From positions 46,314,001-46,378,000 of the forward strand of contig NC_042998.1 in NCBI RefSeq assembly GCF_006345805.1: a DNA stretch of 64,000 bases, in the 5' to 3' direction. The notes under the pieces are model-generated. The model had not been told where the DNA came from. It saw only the letters and a program-made list of their open reading frames with translations, and ran no database searches. The position numbers and the translations under genes are program-made. The DNA is from Octopus sinensis. Taxonomy: Eukaryota. Positions 39,230 through 51,347 of this stretch are shown here, in pieces; within the stretch, counting starts at the first letter, position 1; each line of letters begins with the position of its first letter.

Positions 39230-42200
39230 CCTAACTATCTATCTACACACACATGCACATATTCACGCACACACATTAGAAAGTTGTTTGCCAGATTCGT
39301 TAGATCTTCAGACAAATGCCTCACAGTAATCGTTGTGCTTCATTGCACTCAGAGTTCAAATCCTGTCGATATAAAATTTATCTTTCCTCCTTCCAAAGTA
39401 TCAACCAAGTACTGAGGTCGATTCTTCTCCCCTTTCCATTTCTCTCTCTTTCAGAACCGGCTGCACTACATTGTAAGACGCTTGTTGAAGACTAATCCCA
39501 GTGCTCCTCTCAATATTCGTTCACCATCGGAAATCTTATTCCTTTAACACCCTACCACACACACAACCCCCCCCCCCCAGCCCAAAATCAAAAGAAAAGA
39601 CACATTAAAACATTCATGTTATAACATAACAATAATGTTTTCATCTCTGCTAGAGGGATTCGTTCTTTATTGATTCAGATGGTTTTCTTCAATAAAATCG
39701 ACAGTCTAAAAAAGAGATTCTGAAACATTTTCCTCTTGGGTACTCGTCATGTCCGGCAGTGTTGGCGTATCTGCATGTTTAATATATTGTAAAATAGTAT
39801 GGCGGCGAGCTGGCAAAATCGTTAAAACGCCGGGCAAAATGCTTCGCGGTATTTCGTCCATCTTTACGTTCTGTGTTCAAATGCAGCCGAGGTCAACTTT
39901 GCCTTTCATCCTTTCGGGATCGATAAAATAAGTAGCAGTTGAGTACTGGAATCGATGTAATCGACTTAATTCGTTTGTCTGTCCTTGTTTGTCCTCTCTG
40001 TGTTTAGCTCCTTGTGGGTATTAAAGAAATCGGTATTTCGTCCGTCTTTACGTTCTGTGTTCAAATGCAGCCGAGGTCGACTTTGCCTTTCATTCTTTCG
40101 GGGTCGATAAATTAAGTACCAGTTACGCACTGGGGTTGATGTAATCGACTTAATCCCTTTGTCTGTCCTTGTTTTATCCTCTCTATGTTTAGCCCCTTGT
40201 GGGGAATAAAGAAATAAGAATCGTTAACACACCGGGCAAAATACTTCGCGGTATTTCGTCTGTCTTCACGTTCTGTGTTTAAATGCAGCCGAGGTCATCT
40301 TTGCCGTTCATCCTTTCGAGATCGATAAAATAAGTAGCAGTTGAGTACTGGAATCGATGTAATCGATTTATCCTCTCCCCGAACTTGCTGGCCTTATGCC
40401 AAAATTTGAAATCAAACAGTGTTATGCAAAAAGAAAGAGTAGATTTAAAACTTATTTTTAAAACAGACTGTAAGAGACAAAAACATTCTACATATTTCTT
40501 GATAGAAGGTTTAAAGTTTATTTTAAAGTAGTATGCACTCAATATGAGCACCATGTGTTGCTCGACAAACATCGAAACCCTTTTCTGTGAAATTTTTATG
40601 GCATTCGTAAATTTGCTTGTGACGAGGTGGATTTTTATTGAATTGGCAGCGAAATTCACGTTGCACTTGCACAATCGATTCGCATTTCTCAAACTGCAGC
40701 ACACAAAAAGACTTTTCTTGTGGCGTCGCCATTTTCTAAGGGATTACAGAAATGAAAATTATACAACTTTAAATAAAATTAACAAAAGGAAACATTAAAA
40801 CAAAATAAAATATTATTTTATTTAAGGCTTGATTCAATTTATCATGTTCAGGTATAAACTTTAAACCTTCTCCTATCAAGAAATATGTAGAATGTCTTTG
40901 TGTCTTTTACCGCTTGTTTTAAAAATAAATTTGAAGTCGGCTCCTTCTTTTTGAATAACCCTGTGTATTGTAATATAGTACGATACCATAAAACAGACAA
41001 TGATAGATATAATTTTTATGGCTACCATAAAACAAGATAAAAAAAGTGGATAAAATGTTTTTCTCAAGGCCGGTTTCTTAAGGCCGGTTTCTCGAATTCC
41101 GTGACGTATACGAGGATTACTGAAAAGTTCCCGGCTTTGCTTAAAAGAAGATACAGGAGGATCAGTTAATTATGATTTTATGCAACATATTCTCCTCTCA
41201 GATTCATACATTTATTGCAGTGGTCGTTCAGTTTTTCTAAGCCCTGTAAAAGAGCTCAGAAGGTTGGGCTTCCAATCAGGTTTTTTCGCGATACCCATAA
41301 AGCCAGGAACTTTTCAATACCTTCTCGTATATTCCTCACCCTCCCGGACGGGACGGCGGCCGTCCCTGCATTACTCGTTTTTGCCAGCTGAGCGGACTGG
41401 AGTAACGTGATATGAAATGTTTTGCTCAAGAACACAACAAATCGTCATGTCTAGGAATCGAAATCATAATCTTATGATGAATGCAACACACTAAGCCATG
41501 CAACCACATCTCATGAAACGGACAATGTAGACAACGTATATTATCTGTTATTATCATACTTTTCAGCATTACAAATCGAAATTTTTAGACCAAAATTTAC
41601 AGGCAAGATGACTTTGGAGAACCACAACTTCCCTGTGAAATGCAGTAGGATTTGGAAAGATAGTGACAATGTTTGAATGTTTACACTACACTTATACACT
41701 ACGTAAACTTGTATGCAGGAAAAGATGGTAATTATATTTGACGAAGTTTTTTTTAAAAATAAATGTATTTACCGAATCCGAAGATGCATCATTGATAAGT
41801 AGTAGATTATATTTAAAGATTAAAATGTTTTTATAAATCTCGCATACCCTCGTATTTCTCTTGCATACTTTTGGGGGTACACGGACTCCGGTTTGAGAAT
41901 CCTTATTCTAAAGAATATTTACTTACCAATGTCGATTGGCATTGACCATTGTGACGTACTAAGGATGAACAATTCACTCCAGCTTTCTTCCAAAAGAATT
42001 GCTTGATCGCGAAATGGCTGTTGAAGAAATGACGGGATATTTCGCGCCCATTTCACCGACATAAATAAGAGACGTGCTGCTGTTTCGTAGACGCTTTCTA
42101 CACCGGAATTATTGACATAAAAATGTTGGTCTCCTCCAGCGAGGGGGTTAGCTAACATGCCAAACGGTGGTTGGTACGATGAAGGATTCATATTTACGGC

Positions 42201-43442
42201 GGACGCTGGGATCATTTTGTAAGGAAATGCCTGGGGCTGGTTACCATTTAGGGTTGTCGGTGGATGGATAGATGTTGTAGTGCTAACTGAATTCTCTTGT
42301 GAAGTACCTCCAGAAGATTCTAAATAAAAACCATGCAAAGACGAAACAAAATGGTGTGTTAGTTTTCAGTTTATTTAAGGAGAAAAGAATTGAGAATTGT
42401 AAATAAATTCTATTGACAAAAGAATCCAAATTTATTGACAAAATTTATAAATTGTCTCACAGTTACATAATCAAAATTGCAGAGAATTGTAGACACTCTA
42501 GGGAAGTATTTTTACAATACTTCAATCATTTCTCTGGAATTAACATTTTATTTTTACGTAAGATTTCATTATCCTGCGTGTTAACCTAGATTCTAAAACA
42601 AAAACAACAAAAAAATTAATAAAAAGAAAATGGAAACTGAATTTCTGTGTCTGATGTAGGTTCGATAATTATGAAGCAATACTGGTTTCTTGGGGTACAA
42701 TGACAATTTTTGCATATTTCATCAAACCCAAGTTATCGCTAGCCTTATTTTAAATTTAGCATTGTTCTTAAGCAATATTAAAGTTATGATTTAAAAGAAA
42801 GAGGTGAACAGCAGCCCAACCACAAAGTAGTGCTTCGGCAAACTGGGGTATTTATCAGAGCTATGAATGCAGATTTATAGATTAGAGATAATTCCATGCA
42901 TAGAATTTATTAATTCTTATTATCTCATGCTCAGTTTTTCTCGTGTACTTATCAAATATAAACAATAACAAAATTTATTCTAGATACGGGTTTTAAATTT
43001 TTGGCAGAAGGTCAGAAATTTCGAGGAAGGGCTAAGTCGATTGCAATGACCCCAGCGTTCAACTTGTACTTATTTCATCGACCCCGATAGAACGAAAGGC
43101 TAAGTCGAGCTTGGCGGAATTTTAACTCAGAACACAAAGAACCGGAAGAAATATTGTTAAGCGTTTTGTTTAATGCACTAACGATTCTGTCAGCTCACCA
43201 CCTTATTTGGTCCAATAAGTCCTTTTTGCTAAAGGAACAAGGCCTGAAATTTGTAGGGAGGGGACTGGACTAGTGGATTACATCGACCTCCAGTGTTTCA
43301 CTGGTATTTAATTTATTGATCCCGAAAGGATGAAAGGCAAAGTCGTGCTAGCGATTCTGCCAGCTCGTCGCCTTACTTGACCCAATAATAATTCTGTGCT
43401 CCAGCATGGCCGCAGTCAAATGACTGAAACAAGTAAAAGAGT

Positions 43443-43504
<62 letters not shown>

Positions 43505-44492
43505 CTTTATTCACCATGAGGTTGAGAAAAAGAGGGGACAAAACAAACGTTGGGGTTAGGGTATCGAATGAGACGAAACGTATGAATAAACAAACAATTA
43601 AAATATATACAATTAAATGAGAATGAGTGAATAAAAAAAAATGAAGCGGAGGACGCGGTTGACCCCACAAACCACATACTCACACTGAAGACTTTGCTTT
43701 CTCCTTTTTCACATTCTTGATTAAACAGGTTCTTTCACTCGCAACATACTTGCTATATACTTCCATCTTTTACGAAACACACTTTGCGACAGGCATTTCT
43801 TCTCCAGCCTTATTTTTCGTTTCATGTGGAAAACGAAAAAGTCGATTTGCTCGAGATTGGAGATAAACATGCCTGTTGCAATTCCTTTTACTCTCGTCTT
43901 CCACACTACTTTTTTCGCCATAGCAACTACCGAGAGAAAACAGGCTCGCTCCTGAATAGGGATTCAGGGAGGTCGGCGGAACTATCTTAATTACAGATTC
44001 GCTCGACAGTTGTACTCTTCTCGAATGCGACAGCAGGTGTTCGACATAAGCCCAGAGTTCAGTCACCTTGGGGCATTGCACAATCGCGTGCAGGACAGTT
44101 TCACTGTCCCTCTCACATCTTGCACAAACCGGCGAGGGTGCACACCCATGTCTAAAGAGCTTATCTCGAACCGGTAAAGCTCCTCTGTAACATTGCCAGG
44201 CCAGGGACTTTTGGTAATTATCCATAGGCCCCGGACCGAATGTTCTTTGGAACAGGTTGGCCAGTTGATCTTCGTCGAAGCCCAGAGTTTCTCCCAGGAC
44301 GTCGTCACACTTAAACTCTACTAACCCTCTATAGAAGAACGAGGTAGTAACCCCGCCACCGGCGTTGCTCGATTTAGAGAGAAGCACGAGTGCCTGATGG
44401 CACTCTACATGCCACATGCCCAACTTCGGTCTACACTTGATCCATGGGTTCAGTTCGTTAAACGATGTGAACTGTGGAAATAACAGCTTGAC

Positions 44493-44561
<69 letters not shown>

Positions 44562-46903
44562 AAGAGTACTAAAGGCATATGGCCTGAAATTTGTGGGGAA
44601 GGGACTAGTCGATTACACCGACCTCAGTGTTCCACTGATACTTAATGTATCGATCCTGAAAGGATGAAAGGCAAAGTCTACCTCGGTGGAATTTGAACTC
44701 ACAATGTAAAGACGGGCGAAATACCTATTTCTTTATTACCCACAAGGGGCTAAACATAGAGTGGACAAACAAAGACAGACAATGGGATTAAGTCGATTAC
44801 ATTGACCCCAGTGCATGACTGGTACTTAATTTATCAACCCCGAAAGGATGAAAGGCAAAGTCGACCTCGGCGGAATTTGAACTCAGAACGTAACGGCAGA
44901 CGAAATACAGCTTCGCATTTCGCCCGGCGTGCTAACGTTTCTGCTAGCTCGCCGCCTTGTTTGGCCCAATAATGATATATTTCATAAGAAATTGAGTACA
45001 TCTACGGCCTAGATGTCTGCTCCAAGAACATTAGTAGGAAATATTATTTAAAATAATAACCATTGAGTGAAAGTGAATTTAACAGTACGTGTGTATTTTT
45101 AATGGCTACAGTGACTCTAGCACGATGCAATTTTGTCTCTTCACGTAATAACAGACCAAATCTAATGCAACTCAGGAATAATAAAAAGAACAAGACAAGA
45201 TGAGTTTAAAGTTTATTGTGATGATCATCAGTCATTAAAAAAAAGTGTGAATCAATTTACCTGTACTGTCTGATTCAGTCTTTTCGCGTTTCAGATGCGT
45301 CGGTGTGGAACATTCTCCAGAAACGCGTGACGAACAGTTTTCTTTGATGGTACAGTCGACGTTACTGTTCTCATTTCTACTGCCACCACCGCCACCGCCA
45401 CTACCAGTACCACTGCCACCGCTACCTCCACCACCTCCACCACTGTTGTTTCCCCCTCCTCCTCTTTCTCCATCGCCTCCTCCACCCGCTCCCCCTCCTC
45501 CTCCTCCACCAGTTCCGCGTATATTTGGTTCCCCAGACGGAATTTTTACTATTGCTGGTCGGAAGCCTATTTCTCCACTGGGTGTAGTACCTGGCTGTAA
45601 CAAGTGATTCGGGTAGTGATGGGGTAGATGTGATGGATGATGATGGTGGTGAGGGTGGAGAAAAGCTGCAGTTGCTGCGCGGCTATTTTGGTCGGCTAAT
45701 TGGATTGTAATTGGCTGAAACACTTGACCTGGATTGTAACCGGGTAATTCAGGGTGCAGTGTGACTGGGGTGCTGTACTGGTGAAACTGGGCATAATCCA
45801 ATCTACAAATAACAAAAAAAAAAAAAAATACAAGCAACTAAAAATCGTCCCAAAACAAATAACTGAAGATCTGAGAATCCAAACGTGGAGGCGCCTGGCT
45901 CAGAGATTAGGATGCTGGATTCATGATCGTAAGATTGTGGTTCGATTCCTGGACCAGACAATGCGTTGTGTTCTTGAGCAAAACACTTCATTTCACGTTG
46001 CTCCAGTCCACTTTAGCCTGGAGAAGGATGGGCTACACATGACTTTCTCGCCCTATATACACTGCATGGCTGCAGCGCCCCAACGACCCCCAAGGGGTTA
46101 AGAGACTTCTCATTGTCAAGCTTGCTGTTATGCTTTTTTTTTCTCTCGCGCCTTAGGAATCGTAAGCTCGGTAACCCGGGTTAAATGATCGAGATTCAAT
46201 ATTCTCTCTGAACGGGACGCCGGTCCGTTGCAGGGTTCGAAGCTAGCTATTTTGAAGGTAGGGAGAAAGCCGATTACATCGATCTAAGTACTTGACTGGT
46301 ACTTAATTTTATTGATCCTGAAGAGATGAAAAGGAAAGTTGACCTTGGCGGGATTTAGTTTTAGAACCTAACGAGACGGAGGAAACGACGCTAAGCATTT
46401 TATCTGACGTTCTACCGATTCTTATTTCTTTACTGCCCACAAGAGGCTAAACACAGAGAGGACAAACAAGGACAGACAAACGGATTAAGTCGATTATATC
46501 GACCCCAGTGCGTAACTGGTACTTATTTAATCGACCCCGAAAGGATGAAAGGCAAAGTCGACCTCGGCGGAATTTGAACTCAGAACGTAACGGCAGACAA
46601 AATACGGCTACGCATTTTGCCCGGCGTGCTAACGTTTCTGCCAGCTCGCCGCCTTACGGAATGTAAGAGTATTCTTTTAATTCTTCTATTCTTTTACCAG
46701 TCCCACCCACTGGATTGTGGCCCTTCAAGAACCCGTACTTTCAATTATATTAATCCCCTTGCCCCGTTCTTATTTCATCGATTGATAGACATGGCTGTGT
46801 AGTTAAGAAGCTCGCTTTGCAACATTTAGGTTCAATCACATTGCGTGGCATCTTGAGTAATGCCTTGTGAGTGAATTTGGTTGGCAAATTGTGGAAGCCT
46901 CTC

Positions 46904-46976
<73 letters not shown>

Positions 46977-49900
46977 TTGTGCTATATTTGTCCCCTACTA
47001 CTGTTTTACAACCGGTGTAGGTTTGCTTACGTCACCGTAATCTAGCAGTTCAATAAAACAGACTGAGAGAATAAATACCGGACTTAGAAAAGTAAGTACT
47101 AGGGGCAGCGTGTTTGACATGGCCGCAGTCCAATGACTGAAACAAGTAAAAGGTAGCGGAAAGAAATACTTATTTTATTGACTTCTGTAGTACGATTCCG
47201 CTACTGAATGCGCCATCCAGCCACTTACCAGATACGTAGCGTATGTAAGATAAAAAAAAATCAAATGATTCAGGGTGCAAGAATCTCAGCATACAATGAT
47301 CTTATGAATGTATGGCGATCTAATTAATTAATTAACTAGTTAATTAAACTAATTAATCAAATAACATTATCTCAGGGTTAATATCATTTTAATTTGATTT
47401 CAGCAAGTAGGGTTGACAACACTTGACACGTTTCGGTCTTATTAAAACCTCATCAGCGACGTATAACCTTCTTCGTGCATACCAGATTATTGATAAGATA
47501 ATCATTATATTGATTGATATACAGTAATGTACATCAGTCGAAAATGATCTTAATGATTGAGGAATATTTCATTAATTAGTTAGTATTCTACCTCAGTAAA
47601 ATAAATATGATGACACTAACTTGAATGTTATTTTTCATGCGGATATGCTTTCTGTTCATCATTAAGAACGTACAAACGATCAAAATCTTACAATAAAGGT
47701 TGTCTTTTCAACTCAGATTGGCTAGTGGAGTTTCACTTTGATGGTGTAACATGTAATAAGAATGAGAGATAATCATCCTTAAGTTAAGTCGCTATTTATG
47801 AAAATTGTAGATCCCACATGGTCTAATATCTATTGTCGATAACTAACTGACTGACTAACTAACAAGCTAACTAACTAACGAAGAAATTTCAACATAGTCG
47901 CTTGACCTGAAAAAATAACAGCCAAGATCTTGCCACTATAGCAAGTAGAGAAGCGTTGCTCAATAAAGTGAGAAAATCACTATTTGCGCCTGAAACTCAA
48001 TGTGGATTCAGAAAGGGAGAAGCATCACGAATATCGTATTCTGTTAGATTCAGGTGAGATGGATATGGTCGTTATTGACTCCACGAAGGTATTCGATACA
48101 GTAAACCAGTTGAGTCCGCGTCAGGCAATCAGAAGGCTGGGAAATCCTGAAGAGTTTACTCATATACTCGATTTCCTACACACTCATAGGAGGCCTCGAG
48201 TTACGCAGTCGAAACTCAGCGCTACATAGTTTAATGTTGCAATAAAGTCAAGCAGGGCTGTTTGCTAACACTAACATTATTTTCACTTGATCTTTTAGCA
48301 ATCTCGAGGAGGCATATGTGTGTGTGTGTGGTTGCGCGCACGCGCGTATATGTGTGTGTATGTATATAAATACATAAGTACATCAATAACAAAAGATGAA
48401 TTCAAATACAAAAACGATAGATGTCCAAGGGACGTTTACACTTAATATTATTAGAAAAAAGTAATGAAGAGAAAGTTAAGAATAAAAATATGACGTTTTG
48501 GGCATAGTTTTTGTCGGATAAGCAGAGAAAAGTTCAGACAAGAGGAGCAAGAGTGGAAGAAAGGAAATAGTTAAAGAGATCCAGAGATAAAGAAAAATAC
48601 ATGTGAATAATACACATGTTCGATCACTAACTCTTTGTATGCATGTATGTATGTACGTACGTACATACATACATACAAACATACATACAAACATACATAC
48701 ATACATACATACATATGTACATACGTACATACATACAAAGAAAATGATAGAACTAATAATTATAATTTTCATATATTTATAATTGAACATTGTCTAAAAT
48801 AAAATTGTAGATAAAAACCTTGGGTGGTCCAGAATTTTTGTAAGAGGGACAAATGGTACTTGGTTTTCTTCATTGTGTCTTCTGATTTCTTCTGGACCCG
48901 AGTATCGTTGTTGGTAAGATCTTGGAGCCCTTTCATGTTGAACGGCTGGAATTAAACAATAACGATAATGTATTTATTTTGAAGCAACCTTTAGCTGTTG
49001 ACAACTCTGATGGTAGTCTTTTTTTAAAGAGATTTTGCATAGCAATAGAAATTAACAATTATTTTTGTCATATCAAGTCTAACAACTATTTGATTATTTT
49101 GTATCTGAAGTCACAATATTTTCAATCGCCACCAATTGCTAAATGATTTTGATGCCATAAGCTCAGGGATACGTATTTTCGGCATACAAGTCGACATAGT
49201 ATATAATGCACAAATGCAATGTAAACCTTCAAACATTGTCACTATCCTTCCGAATCCTGCCGCATTTCATATGGGATTTTTGGTTCTCGAAATTCGATAT
49301 TCTGATATCAGCACTGAAAGTATACACTGTATCTATGAGGGAACTTATTTGAGATTCATCTTTACCATAAAGTTTAAGGTCATTCATGAATAACAAGTGG
49401 TTGACTTTTTGCTGGCGGCTCTTGAATACACACCCAACCTTTGCTTTCCTCAGAATTAGTGTTAGTGATATCATGCACAGAACAAAGATCAGTGGGGACA
49501 GGCAGTCCCCTTGGAAGATGCCGTTCCTGATTTCTATCGTCCCTAAACTTCTTCCATATATTGTCAGTTCCGTCCTCCACTTCGCCATACTTTTTCCAAG
49601 CAATCGCTCAACATTCGATGCAATACCAAATAAGTTCATACATTCCATAATCCAAAAATGTGGGGTGATATCATACGCCTTACGATAATCGATCCATGAC
49701 ATGATTAAGTTAGTTTTCCTCCTCTTGCAGTCTCTAAGTACAGTTATGTTTACCGCACTTACGTTTGCATCCCTTATGTTCATGTTGCAGGACTCTGCAA
49801 CTATTCCAGTCAATAATTTGCACATAAGTGGCAAGCAGGATATCGGCCTATAATTGTCTACCGTATCGACTTTTTCGGTTTTTCAAGCACAGCACTGTCC

Positions 49901-50892
49901 TACCCATTGTCAACCACTCTGGTGTTACTTGGTCGGCATTTAACAAGGTGTTGAGTTGTGCAGCTATTCGTGCATGACATTCACCAAATCTTTTGATCCA
50001 GTAGCCTTGAACTCCATCTGGTCCCGGGGCCTTGTAGTTGCCCATTCTTTTTCTGATTTCTTTCACTTCCCTAACTGAAAATGACTGTTCTGCCTGCTTT
50101 GGACAGACTACTGTTTGTTTCAGTTCTTGCAACCATTCAGCATCCTTCTTGTGTTCCTTGTCTTTGCTCCAGATGTCACTCCAAAACCTTTGACTTTCAA
50201 TGTTATCTGGCATCAACTTTTCATCTGTACACTCTCCATTTATTTTTTTGTAGAATCTTTTCTGATCTTCTCTGAATAACCTATTCTGCTAGCATCTCTG
50301 CATTCTTTGGTCGTATCTTACCATCTTTGCTTTCTTTGCAACAAGGCGCTGTTTCTGTTCCTCCATTACCATTTTCAGGCCTTTTCTTTCAATATCATAC
50401 CTCCTGTACAGTGCCCTGTATTTTTGTTCGCTTTTAAGCACCCCCCCTTCTCTTTTCGGTCTTACATAGAAATGTCCTTCGAGAGCATATCTAACACCGC
50501 CTGTATTCTTCTTTTCTACAATGGATCTTTTCTTTTATCACTTCGATAATATTTCTTTTTCTTGACATCAACACCCACATTTTCTGCTACAACAATACTT
50601 GCTGCCTTGATCAAATTATTTGTTTCTGTGATGTTTGTTGCTCTGATGTATTAAACGTTTCCAGACTTACTCGGTCCATCACCAGAATGAAATGGATGTA
50701 ATAATGTCATCTTACATTTAAGTCGCAAAGTATCATGTAAATACTTTTGTAAGTGATAAAATCGTCAACAAATTTGATTTCAAAATCATTCAACTGTTAA
50801 GTCCTGTAAGCTTGCTGGCTTAATGCACTTGTGCTGTTTATTTTATATCTTGCTATTAGTCAATCTTCTATACCTATTCTCATTTTCTGCGG

Positions 50893-50943
<51 letters not shown>

Positions 50944-51271
50944 TAAATATATAAATATAGGCGCAGGAGTGGCTGTGTGGTATGTAGCTTGCTTACCAAC
51001 AACATGGTTCCGGGTTCCTTCCCACTGCGTGACACCTTGGACAAGTGTCTTCTGCTATAGCCTCGGGCCGAATAAAGCCTTGTGAGTGGATTTGGTAGAC
51101 GGAAACTGAAAGAAGCCCGTCGTATATATATATATATATAAAAAGGGTAAAGACCCCCTTCGGTCATGAATGACCATGGGATTGCACCTAGAAAGTTACC
51201 CTCCTAGACACAAGTCTGGGCAAGGTTGTTTTTATGGAAGGCCAGCAGTCGCCCATGCATACCAGCCTCCC

Positions 51272-51347
<76 letters not shown>

